Source: a virus (lineage: Duplodnaviria > Caudoviricetes). From it: 64,000 bases of DNA. The stretch is from the IMG/VR virus record IMGVR_UViG_3300028591_000130, positions 40,761-104,760 of that record; one strand, written 5' to 3'. Each line of letters starts with the position of its first letter. Positions within the stretch are counted from its first letter, which is position 1. A program made the translations under genes and the position numbers. Below, one piece after another: positions 48,092 through 56,775 of this stretch. Below the pieces are notes generated by a model. It ran no database searches. It saw only the letters and a list, made by a program, of their open reading frames with translations, and had not been told where the DNA came from.

Positions 48092-51000
48092 ATGACAGGT
48101 TACGTTGGATTGCACCAGCATAGTACATACAGTCTTCTTGACGGTTTTTGTAAGATACCCGATCTTGTCAGAAAGAGTAAAGAACTTGGATGGACTGCTA
48201 CAGCAATAACGGATCATAATCACCTTGGAGGCATTCCTGACTTTCAACAAGAATGTTTCAAGCAAGGAATAAAACCGATCTTAGGAATGGAAGGATATTT
48301 TACGGTGAGCACAAAAATCTTGTCTGCGCCCATCGAAGAAAGACACAAGATTGCAGAACGTGACGCTATTCTGTCAGGTAAGTGGACTGAGGCTGATATC
48401 AAAAGTTTAGACAAGCAAGATCGTAAACAACTTTGGCAAGATTATGGTTATGACACGTCAGGTTTTCATATCTTGTTCTTGGCTAAGAATCAACAAGGGT
48501 GGAACAACCTTGTTAAGATCCAAAGCGAAAGCAGCAAAGCTTGTACCTTTAACGGCAGATATCACTGTGATATGAATATCTTGAGAAAGTATCATGACGG
48601 GGTTATCTGTACTACAGCATGTGTAGCTAACTTTGCTGCTGCAATGATTAACAACAGAAAGACGTCTCTTGCTGCTTGGTACCTTAGTCAAATGCAAAAG
48701 ATCTTTAGTGACGACTTTTACCTTGAAATTCAACCGTTAAATATTAAGAAGCAACAGACAGTCAATCTGTTCTATCATACCTGGGCACAAGATCATAGCG
48801 TTAAGGTTATTGCTACTAATGACTCTCACTGGATAAATCAAAGTGACGCTGCTGATCATGACGTACTCTTGTGCATAGGTACGGGCGCCAAGCAAGCTGA
48901 TATGGCACGTATGCATTACTCGCCTGTGTTTTGGATTAGAAGCGAAGAAGAAATGATATCGGCCTTTGAAGAACAAGCCGATAGTATGGTAGAAAAGTTT
49001 TCTAAGTTTAAAGAACAAGATAGAGAAGATTATCTTAGCTTTTGTAAGCAAGCGTTAACTGCTACCCAAGAAATAGCTGATAAAGTAGATCCTGATATTA
49101 AACTTGGATCAGAGTATCACCTGTTTCCTGCTGTTAAGGTAGAAGAAGGTAAGACTGCAGAATTTGTCTTGTATGAGAAAGCTGCTACCGGACTCTTTGA
49201 ATATCTTTACGACAATCCCGATCTTGACAGAGAAGTCTACAAGACAAGACTTGTAGAAGAACTTGATATTATATGTTCTAAAGGTTTTGCGCCTTACTTC
49301 CTTGCCTTTGAGGAACTGGCTACATGGTGTGATATCAACGACATACCTACAGGTCCCGGCAGAGGATCTGCAGCAGGAAGTTTGACACTCTTGTGTTTAG
49401 GTGTAACCAAGAAGATCGATCCTATCAAAATGAAACTTTGGTTCTCTCGTTTTATGACAAAAGACAGAACAGCTATTCCTGATATCGATTATGACGTATC
49501 TTGGGCACAACGTGACAAAGTTATCAAACACCTCAAGGAAACTTACGGTACAAAGTTTGTCGCACACATAGGCACTTTCACTACTCTTAAGGTTAAGAGT
49601 GCTATTAAGGACGTAGCCCGTGTCCTTGGTCTTGAGTTTACGGAAAGCCTTAAAATATCCAAGGCTATTGACGCTCTTTCAGAAGATCCTAATCTTTCTT
49701 TTAAAACGATAGACAGTTGGGCTGACGGATCTTTAGATGACAGAGAAAGGTATAAACGTTTTCAAGAACTTGAAAGCAGTTATGAAGATATCTTTGAACT
49801 TGCAAGAAAATTTGAAGGTATACCAAGACAAATGGGTGTACACGCAAGCGGTATTCTGGTAATGCCGAAACCTGTCAGTGATCTCTTCCCTGTCAGATAT
49901 CTTGACGGTGTAGCTGTTACTCTTTGGACAGGCACACAGGTAGACGAGATGAAAGCTTGTAAGCTTGACCTGTTAGGATTAAAAACTCTTGACCTGTTAG
50001 ACACAACCGTTAAAAACGTAGGACTCTCAATAAGAGACATTTACGAAACAGTTGATATCAACGATAAAGAGTTATACAAAGCTATCAGAGAAAAGAAAAC
50101 TAACGCTGTCTTCCAGCTTGAAAGTAATCTTATGAAACAGATTATCGACACTATCCAACCTACCTGTTTTGACGACGTGATCGCAATTAACGCACTTGCA
50201 AGACCGGGACCTTTGTCTTGTAATATGCACGTTGACTATGCTGCCGTTAAGAACGGAGAGAAAGAGATACAATATCCGATCAGGGGTTGTGACGATATTC
50301 TTGATATCACTTATGGTGCTATAGTGTATCAGGAACAGGTAATGGCCATTTCTAAAAGAATAGCAGGTTTTGACGACAACCAAGCAGACAATATCTCGAG
50401 GAAGATTATCGGCAAAAAAATAGCCAAGCTTTGGCCTATGCTGGTTCGTTGTCATACCTATGGTAAGAAAAATTGCGAAGGACCTGACGGATGGGAAGAT
50501 AACGACAATCTGCCTTGGTATGACCCCAAGGGCAAGTACGGTGATGAGATAGAAGGTGCTATTAACAGAGGTTACAGTGCTGACGAAGTAATATCATTCT
50601 TTAACAGTATTGAGAACTACGCAAGCTACGCTTTTAACCGTAGTCACGCTGCCTGTTATAGCCTGCTGGGAATCTATACTATGTACGTTAAGCTGCACTA
50701 CCCTGTTTACTTTTGGGCGTCAGTTTTGTCGATAGCAGAAGATGCCAAGAAAGAAAAGTACTTTGTTACGATCAAGGAACAGGATATTCAGTTTGCTGTT
50801 CCTGATATCAACAAGTCTAACAAGGATTTTACAGCTGACTCTAAAGGAAAGAAAATTTTCTTTGGTCTTAATAGCGTTAAAGGGATCGGGGAAAGTACAG
50901 TAGCTGATATCTTATCTGACAGAGAGAAGAACGGATTTTACAAGGGTGTAGAAGATATCAACAGTCGTCTTCCAAAAAAGACGTTGCGCCTTAACGTATT

Positions 51001-51469
51001 TCTTACCCTTGTTCTTGCAGGTGCCTTTGCCTTTGAAGATGAAAATCGTTTTATTCTTTACAACAAGGTCCTTGATATCAGAAAAGATAAGAAGACAAAA
51101 AGAAAGAACGTCGATAAGTGGAACGAAGACGAGTGTAAGAAACTTGAGAAAGATCTGTTGGGTGCAAGGATAACTTACAGTAGCTGGTGGGACAGTATTA
51201 AAAATGGATCTTCCTTTAAAGATATCAAAGTTAACAGTGTAACAGCGATATCAGAACGTACAGACAAAAAAGGGCGTTTAATGTTATTCTGTAACTTAAC
51301 CATAGATGCCTGTAAGATAAAAGCGATTATGTTTGCAAGTGACTACGCTAACCATAACGGACAAGCACTCAAAGACAAAAAAGGACCGTTTGTGATAGCA
51401 GGAAAAAGACAAGATGACACAATCCTGATCAAAAACGTTAAGATCGATATTGAAGAAATCTTAGAGTAA
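48092..51469 (+). CDS. dnaE: DNA polymerase III alpha subunit (DnaE-type)
   Basis: PHP domain HQHS.YS.LDG, TDH, TNDSH; GPGRGSAAGS, PDIDYD, HASG, KLDLLGL, FQLES, YAFNRSHA. Confidence 0.95.
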   Translation: MTGYVGLHQHSTYSLLDGFCKIPDLVRKSKELGWTATAITDHNHLGGIPDFQQECFKQGIKPILGMEGYFTVSTKILSAPIEERHKIAERDAILSGKWTEADIKSLDKQDRKQLWQDYGYDTSGFHILFLAKNQQGWNNLVKIQSESSKACTFNGRYHCDMNILRKYHDGVICTTACVANFAAAMINNRKTSLAAWYLSQMQKIFSDDFYLEIQPLNIKKQQTVNLFYHTWAQDHSVKVIATNDSHWINQSDAADHDVLLCIGTGAKQADMARMHYSPVFWIRSEEEMISAFEEQADSMVEKFSKFKEQDREDYLSFCKQALTATQEIADKVDPDIKLGSEYHLFPAVKVEEGKTAEFVLYEKAATGLFEYLYDNPDLDREVYKTRLVEELDIICSKGFAPYFLAFEELATWCDINDIPTGPGRGSAAGSLTLLCLGVTKKIDPIKMKLWFSRFMTKDRTAIPDIDYDVSWAQRDKVIKHLKETYGTKFVAHIGTFTTLKVKSAIKDVARVLGLEFTESLKISKAIDALSEDPNLSFKTIDSWADGSLDDRERYKRFQELESSYEDIFELARKFEGIPRQMGVHASGILVMPKPVSDLFPVRYLDGVAVTLWTGTQVDEMKACKLDLLGLKTLDLLDTTVKNVGLSIRDIYETVDINDKELYKAIREKKTNAVFQLESNLMKQIIDTIQPTCFDDVIAINALARPGPLSCNMHVDYAAVKNGEKEIQYPIRGCDDILDITYGAIVYQEQVMAISKRIAGFDDNQADNISRKIIGKKIAKLWPMLVRCHTYGKKNCEGPDGWEDNDNLPWYDPKGKYGDEIEGAINRGYSADEVISFFNSIENYASYAFNRSHAACYSLLGIYTMYVKLHYPVYFWASVLSIAEDAKKEKYFVTIKEQDIQFAVPDINKSNKDFTADSKGKKIFFGLNSVKGIGESTVADILSDREKNGFYKGVEDINSRLPKKTLRLNVFLTLVLAGAFAFEDENRFILYNKVLDIRKDKKTKRKNVDKWNEDECKKLEKDLLGARITYSSWWDSIKNGSSFKDIKVNSVTAISERTDKKGRLMLFCNLTIDACKIKAIMFASDYANHNGQALKDKKGPFVIAGKRQDDTILIKNVKIDIEEILE

Positions 51470-51485
51470 AAGGATAAAAATAAGA

Positions 51486-51582
51486 CCTGTACCTTAGGTA
51501 ATGAAAGTTATAAGAAATACCGGCAGAAAATCTTCGTACTTGTCTGGCGGTAAATTACAAAGGTACAGGCTTTTCTCTTTTT
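51486..51582 (+). terminator. Extended intergenic stem-loop ending in a U-tract
   Basis: CCTGTACCTT..GTAAT / ATTAC.AAGGTACAGG with an inner hairpin, followed by CTTTTCTCTTTTT. Confidence 0.55.
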
Positions 51583-51646
51583 CTGTTAAAGATACATTGT
51601 CGATCAGAGGAGGCTTCTTGAGAATAATGTCAAGGAGCGAGACACA

Positions 51647-52036
51647 ATGTTATCAGAACATTTTAGCGAGAGCGAATTCTGGTGTCGTGGTCAAGATCAA
51701 GGCACCTGTAACTGCGGACATAGCCTTAAGGTTGATCCACGTCTGATCGAATTGTTAGAAGAACTTAGATCTAACATTGGCGGCGTACCGCTTATAATAA
51801 ACAGTGCGTACAGATGCCCTATGCATAACCAAAGCGTGGGCGGAGTACCTAACTCACAACATACTAAAGGTACCGCCGCTGACGTAGCTTGTCCAAGCGG
51901 GTTAACTATGCCAGAGTTCTTGTGGTACGTAGAACAAATGGATTGGGACGGAATCGGATACTACCCCTATTCTCAGTTTATCCATTGTGACTGTCGTGAG
52001 GGTGGGATTGGTGCACACATCTACTGGGAAGGATAA
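51647..52036 (+). CDS. Peptidase M15A-family (D-Ala-D-Ala carboxypeptidase-like) protein
   Basis: HFSESEF, INSAYRC..HN..VGG..NSQH..G.AAD, FIHCD.R. Confidence 0.9.
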   Translation: MLSEHFSESEFWCRGQDQGTCNCGHSLKVDPRLIELLEELRSNIGGVPLIINSAYRCPMHNQSVGGVPNSQHTKGTAADVACPSGLTMPEFLWYVEQMDWDGIGYYPYSQFIHCDCREGGIGAHIYWEG

Positions 52037-52039
52037 GAG

Positions 52040-52456
52040 ATGAACCAAAATGAGAGAGATTCTTATTACCTTGAGATTGCCAAGACAGTTAGCAAAAGAT
52101 CTACCTGTTACTACGGTAATTTGGGATGTGTTATCGTTGACAAGGACGATAACGTGATATCAACGGGATATCTTACTGACAAAAGTGGTATTATCAACTG
52201 CAGAAAAAGCGGTTATTGCTCTTTTGCTGAAAGAGAAGGCATTACCGATAATTATGGAACGCCTGAACAGTGTGACTATATGTTCCCTGAGGTTAGTGCT
52301 ATACTGGCGGCTGACAGGTCAAGATTACAAGATTCAAGCTTATATCTTTACTGCGAAGATCTTACAGGACATATTATAGAGCCCAAGATAGAGAAAACTA
52401 TAGTTAGAATTCTTCGTAGTGCAGGAGTAAAAAGGATTGTGTTACCTAAGCAATGA
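52040..52456 (+). CDS. dCMP deaminase-like protein lacking canonical zinc ligands
   Basis: YYLEIAKTVSKRSTC, GCVIV, ISTGY, AGVKRIV; HAE is FPE and PCxxC is absent. Confidence 0.75.
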   Translation: MNQNERDSYYLEIAKTVSKRSTCYYGNLGCVIVDKDDNVISTGYLTDKSGIINCRKSGYCSFAEREGITDNYGTPEQCDYMFPEVSAILAADRSRLQDSSLYLYCEDLTGHIIEPKIEKTIVRILRSAGVKRIVLPKQ

Positions 52457-52470
52457 AAGGAGATTACTCA

Positions 52471-52743
52471 ATGCAAAAGATCAAGAGTACTGTAGGTGCA
52501 GTCTTTGGGTTGACACCTGTTGAAACAGAGGTTTTAATTCAAAGTATGATCGTAAAACTTCAGCCTGCCTTGTTAATATTAGCAAGACTATTATTTATCG
52601 TAGGTTTTGTCTGCTGTCTTATAACGTATCCTTTGCCTGCTGTCTTTATTGGTGTGCTTGGTTACTATCTTGTCGAGCTTGAAACAAGAATTGACTTGTT
52701 AGAGAGAAAAGCCAAAGAACAGGAAAAGTATTATCCAAGATAA
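52471..52743 (+). CDS. Small membrane protein
   Basis: Hydrophobic hairpin followed by a short coiled coil; AAGGAG RBS. Confidence 0.6.
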   Translation: MQKIKSTVGAVFGLTPVETEVLIQSMIVKLQPALLILARLLFIVGFVCCLITYPLPAVFIGVLGYYLVELETRIDLLERKAKEQEKYYPR

Positions 52744-52790
52744 TATCATAAGAAGGGATAACCAAAGAAGTTTTATCTGAAGTAAGGTCA

Positions 52791-53198
52791 ATGACGGCAT
52801 ATTGTAGAAAGAAGATACTTGTCATACTAAGGAAGATTTTGGCATTGGTTAAGATCAAGTTTACGAAGTCGTCACTATCTGTACAAGAGAAGATATCTGA
52901 TATCATAAAGGAAAGTAAGCATATACTTGTAGAAAAAGGTTACGTTACCGAGGAACAAAACATTATTTTTACAGACAATATGATATCAATACCTATCTTT
53001 GATATCAGTAAAATTCCTTTCTTACTAAGGTATTCTTTTAAGACAAAGAACAAAGTTATTATACTTTGTCATGACACATTATTGGAGGCTTCTTTAGACT
53101 TATACTGCTGGACATGTCTGTTACCGGGATTGAAACACAGTACTTATCAGCAGTATGAAAAGGAGGCTATGGTGTTATGGAAATGGTTAACAAAGTAG
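52791..53198 (+). CDS. Hypothetical protein
   Basis: 135 aa ORF, start uncertain. Confidence 0.5.
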   Translation: MTAYCRKKILVILRKILALVKIKFTKSSLSVQEKISDIIKESKHILVEKGYVTEEQNIIFTDNMISIPIFDISKIPFLLRYSFKTKNKVIILCHDTLLEASLDLYCWTCLLPGLKHSTYQQYEKEAMVLWKWLTK

Positions 53199-53554
53199 GA
53201 CGCATTACTGACGTCTGTTTTGGCCTCGTAAGAAAGTATGTATCAGAGATCATTATTTTAATGTTTATCGGATTGTTCTTCTTATGGTCTATAGGTTATC
53301 TGGCTAACGCGATTTACGGCTATCATTTCGACTTGTCAAGTTGCTGGGGCGGCTTTTCTGCCATAGGCGGAGCAGGTGTCTTGGCAGCTATCAAATATTG
53401 CACAGACAGCTGGAAAAACAGCCCTGAAGGTGAAATGCCTGCAGATAGTGATATCTTGAAACTGTTTGATAAAAACTGTGACGGCAAAGTTACATTTTCT
53501 GAAATAAGATCTTCACTTATGGATAAAACTAAGGATATGATAAGCAAGGTTTAA
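53177..53554 (+). CDS. Holin-like membrane protein with an EF-hand loop
   Basis: Two TM segments; DKNCDGKVTFSE; directly upstream of the GH25 lysin. Confidence 0.6.
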   Translation: MEMVNKVGRITDVCFGLVRKYVSEIIILMFIGLFFLWSIGYLANAIYGYHFDLSSCWGGFSAIGGAGVLAAIKYCTDSWKNSPEGEMPADSDILKLFDKNCDGKVTFSEIRSSLMDKTKDMISKV

Positions 53555-53585
53555 AAGGAAAGAAGAAGAGGAGGAAGAGAATACC

Positions 53586-54179
53586 GTGAGAGTTTTTGAT
53601 ATCTCTTTTTGGCAATCTGATAACATAATAGATTACCTTGTAAAGCTTAACGCTAATGGTATTATCTTACGCTTAGGTTTAACCTATAACGGTGTCCCTG
53701 AGCTTGACGAAAAATTTACGCTTTTCTTAGATAAAGCAAGACAGGAAGACTTACCTGTAGGTATTTACTATTACTCTAAGATGAATACTTACGAACTGGC
53801 TAAAGTTGAAGCACAGTTCATTAATGACAAAGTTTACGAGTTCTGGGGCGGTTACGATGAACCTGCACTGGGTGTATGGTGGGATATGGAAGACGAGACT
53901 ACTAAAGTGTCTGATATCCATGAGATAACTATGTACGCAGTTGATACCTTGCTTAACTGGGAATTCAAGAAAGTAGGTATTTACGCAAGCTACTCTTACT
54001 TCCATGACTATCTTGATATCAAGGATATTGCTACAAGACAGATACCTGTGTGGGTAGCACAGTACAGTCGTCATAATGATCTTAAACGTGAAAACCCCGA
54101 ACTTAACCATTACGGGTGGCAGTTTACGGAAACATATGACGGTAATACTCTTGACGGCAACGAATGGTATAAACTTTAA
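53586..54179 (+). CDS. GH25 muramidase (endolysin)
   Basis: DISFWQ, GIYYYS, WDME, GIYAS, WVAQY, WQFT, LDGN. Confidence 0.9.
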   Translation: MRVFDISFWQSDNIIDYLVKLNANGIILRLGLTYNGVPELDEKFTLFLDKARQEDLPVGIYYYSKMNTYELAKVEAQFINDKVYEFWGGYDEPALGVWWDMEDETTKVSDIHEITMYAVDTLLNWEFKKVGIYASYSYFHDYLDIKDIATRQIPVWVAQYSRHNDLKRENPELNHYGWQFTETYDGNTLDGNEWYKL

Positions 54180-54233
54180 AAAAAGAGCAAGTGTTATAAG
54201 GGAAGAAAAAAAAGAAGAGGAGGATTTTCTGTT

Positions 54234-54557
54234 ATGGCAGAACCTATGCTTGTTTATAAACCTTCTACTGTTAACAGTGAAATTAACCGTAGTAACTCTG
54301 AAGAAGAAAGCACTATCGGTATTGACACGTCAGAAAATAAGGATAAACTTGGCCTTTATCAGTTGCCTAACCGTGTTAACAGTGCACACAACAGAGGCGT
54401 TGATAACGAATTAACCGATACACCCTGGCCGGTTATCAGAGAACCTGATACTTGGAACGAAGGTATTGATATCATATCAGTTTGTGGTACAAGCAACGCT
54501 ACCGACATTTGTCAGGCACGGGTAGAAAAAACAACGAGGAATATGTGGGAACTGTAA
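54234..54557 (+). CDS. Hypothetical protein
   Basis: 107 aa, GAGGAGG RBS. Confidence 0.65.
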   Translation: MAEPMLVYKPSTVNSEINRSNSEEESTIGIDTSENKDKLGLYQLPNRVNSAHNRGVDNELTDTPWPVIREPDTWNEGIDIISVCGTSNATDICQARVEKTTRNMWEL

Positions 54558-54692
54558 AGATGCGCTTAGAATGCTTGTCTTTTGTTACTCTACGCAATCG
54601 TTAGGTAGCAGACGTTAGAAAGGGCAAACTAACAGGATCCAAGCCATGCTTGTAAGACTTTACATATTTCCTAAGGGAGGATTTTTACGGCC

Positions 54693-55010
54693 GTGATAAA
54701 TCCTGCTAATAACACAACTATTTGGTATTGTATAATTAAGAAGGATAAAATTAATACTGTAAGGCAAAAAGGTTTTCAGTGTTTCTCTGATCCGATATCT
54801 GACTGGGTACCATATCGCACACCATGGATAACCGTCACAACAGAGCCAGACAGTGACGGCATAGTTTGTGAGGTTGATCTTGCGGATATCTCTGAACATG
54901 ATACTCAGTGGGTCTTTTCACCAAACAGTAATCAAAAGAGACTGCGTGTCTTTAAAGACATAGCTGCCAACAAGATAAAAATTTTAAAAGAGACAGATCT
55001 TCGTGCCTGA
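54693..55010 (+). CDS. Hypothetical protein
   Basis: 105 aa, GGGAGG RBS, GTG start. Confidence 0.6.
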   Translation: MINPANNTTIWYCIIKKDKINTVRQKGFQCFSDPISDWVPYRTPWITVTTEPDSDGIVCEVDLADISEHDTQWVFSPNSNQKRLRVFKDIAANKIKILKETDLRA

Positions 55011-55026
55011 TCTGTCTCTTTTTTTT
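54988..55026. terminator. Probable bidirectional terminator at the strand switch
   Basis: AAGAGACAGATC-9 nt-GATCTGTCTCTT plus T run, between convergent genes. Confidence 0.8.
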
Positions 55027-55040
55027 GAGAAGGATTAACG

Positions 55041-55442
55041 TTAACTTTGTAGCAGTATCTGTAGCAATAGGATAGCAAAAATTACCTGATGATACAAGAA
55101 GAGAAATTTACTGTTAAGGACGTTATGCTTCTTAAAAAAGAGATCATAAGTGTCGATAGCGCCTTTTAACCATATCTTCTCTCTGACGTCAGGATCTGTG
55201 GTAGAATTAACGATACTGTCATTTTGCGCAATCCGATATAAGTCATTAAAGATTAGCACTCTGCACGTTATCATTGCCGATATCATAATGATTACTGCAA
55301 ACACCAAAACATTAAAGTCACGATCCAGCAGAAAAAAGCGTACTATGATTGCTGACTGCAGTACGATGGCTATCCCGAATTCTTGTAAGCTTGATATTAC
55401 AAGATAAAGTCGAGGGTATTGTACTCTAATATCACCAAACAT
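55041..55442 (-). CDS. Membrane protein (about 3 TM)
   Basis: Three hydrophobic segments; overlaps the upstream gene; AAGGAG RBS. Confidence 0.65.
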   Translation of the reverse strand: MFGDIRVQYPRLYLVISSLQEFGIAIVLQSAIIVRFFLLDRDFNVLVFAVIIMISAMITCRVLIFNDLYRIAQNDSIVNSTTDPDVREKIWLKGAIDTYDLFFKKHNVLNSKFLFLYHQVIFAILLLQILLQS

Positions 55443-56691
55443 ATACTATCTCCTTCTTATACTTTCTTATGACAGGCATAATAGCATAGAATTGTTGGTG
55501 AGACAAGTGTTTCCAGTTAATAAGAATGTATCTTGCGTTAATCAAGATGTTACGATCGATCTTTGATTTGGTAGGATCGACAATCTGTACCCAAGGATAC
55601 TGCTGTGATATCTTATTTTGATAGTTAGGATGCCCACCAAAGAGAACGACGCCCTTGCCTTCAGGAATAACCGGTTTCTTGTTGCTGTCTTCTGTTTTAA
55701 CTTTTTCGATAAAGTTTTGTGCTTGTTCGATAAAAACAACGTAGTCATTAACACTCTCAAGTTCTTTCTGAAGATCTTCTATCTTCTGCTGTTGTTTATC
55801 GTACTGCAGTTGAAGTTTGTTAAGATCGTCTTGTTTCTTCTTTAACAGTTTCTTGGTATCAATATCTTCCTTAATAATGACCTTGGGTTCTGCCGGTTCC
55901 GTCTTCTTTGTCTCGTTAAGCTTCTGCTTTAGGAATTTAAGAAACAGTTTTGCAAGAATAGCTACGCACGACGCAAAGTAGGCCTGCTGTATCTGTTCTT
56001 TTGTGCTGTTGACATTGAGGTTACGAACGTTAACGAAAAGACGGTCAAAACTGTCTACAGCCAATTTTTCTTTCTGATTATCGTTAGCATCGAGTAAAGC
56101 AGCTACTTCGTAACCTATCTCTTTACAATCTTTGGTAGAAAGCTGTATCTTTCCAAACTCTTCAAAAGACACATCGTTACGAAGAAAAATATCGTGTAAC
56201 ATTGCAAAGAGTTCGTAAGATCCGCTGAGACCAAAAACTAACGGCATAGACATAAGAACATTCTCACTGCTGAGAGTAATGGCTTTCTCAAGGTCAGAAT
56301 CTTTTGTTTTTTTTGCGTTATGATACATCAGGCCTAATAACTGCTTTTCAAGAATATCAGGTTCTTGCCATTGTCCTAATAACAGTTCACAAACTTTGTA
56401 AAGAGCAAAGTGTGATATCACTGTTGTAGGATTAAGCTTACGCTTAGCTAAAAAGTCTCTAAACCTGACGCCATTCTTAACGTAAGAAATAACCGGCGAG
56501 AAACTGTCTGACAGAACTTCTAAGATCTCTTTTTCGTTCTTTTCTGATATCACTGTCATTACCTGATCCTTGATATCAGGTAGTTCTTTCTTTTCAGGGT
56601 ACATGTGCTGATAAGCACGACTGACTTTTTTTACCGTCTTAGCGTTAGCCTTAACAGTGGGCACTAAAATGTTTAAGATATTAACTTCCAC
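55432..56691 (-). CDS. Coiled-coil protein with DUF2325-like C-terminal domain
   Basis: C-terminal VVLFGGH...ILINWKHLSH...K(E)IVYV; AGGAGG RBS. Confidence 0.6.
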   Translation of the reverse strand: MEVNILNILVPTVKANAKTVKKVSRAYQHMYPEKKELPDIKDQVMTVISEKNEKEILEVLSDSFSPVISYVKNGVRFRDFLAKRKLNPTTVISHFALYKVCELLLGQWQEPDILEKQLLGLMYHNAKKTKDSDLEKAITLSSENVLMSMPLVFGLSGSYELFAMLHDIFLRNDVSFEEFGKIQLSTKDCKEIGYEVAALLDANDNQKEKLAVDSFDRLFVNVRNLNVNSTKEQIQQAYFASCVAILAKLFLKFLKQKLNETKKTEPAEPKVIIKEDIDTKKLLKKKQDDLNKLQLQYDKQQQKIEDLQKELESVNDYVVFIEQAQNFIEKVKTEDSNKKPVIPEGKGVVLFGGHPNYQNKISQQYPWVQIVDPTKSKIDRNILINARYILINWKHLSHQQFYAIMPVIRKYKKEIVYVW

Positions 56692-56715
56692 CAGATAACA
56701 GCCTCCTTTAAAAGT

Positions 56716-56745
56716 AAAAAGCTATCAAGAGTAGTCTTGATAGCT
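56716..56745 (-). terminator. Terminator or operator inverted repeat
   Basis: AGCTATCAAGA-4 nt-TCTTGATAGCT, followed by a T run on the minus strand. Confidence 0.65.
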
Positions 56746-56746
56746 A

Positions 56747-56775
56747 ATTTTATCATATTGCTGTATTGTTTACAA
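56747..56775 (-). promoter_or_regulatory. Possible SigA-type promoter
   Basis: TTGTAA-17 nt-TAAAAT with TGn extension. Confidence 0.5.

Noticed and set aside
48092-51469. Intein or intron in dnaE
   Set aside because: Length and motif order are continuous; no Hint or LAGLIDADG insertion evident
51501-51746. 81-aa ORF upstream of the M15 peptidase
   Set aside because: Crosses a terminator-like structure and overlaps the well-supported 51647 gene out of frame
54600-54660. c-di-GMP-I riboswitch suggested by GGGCAAAC
   Set aside because: Lacks the GAAA-capped P2 and the GCAAAGC/P3 elements
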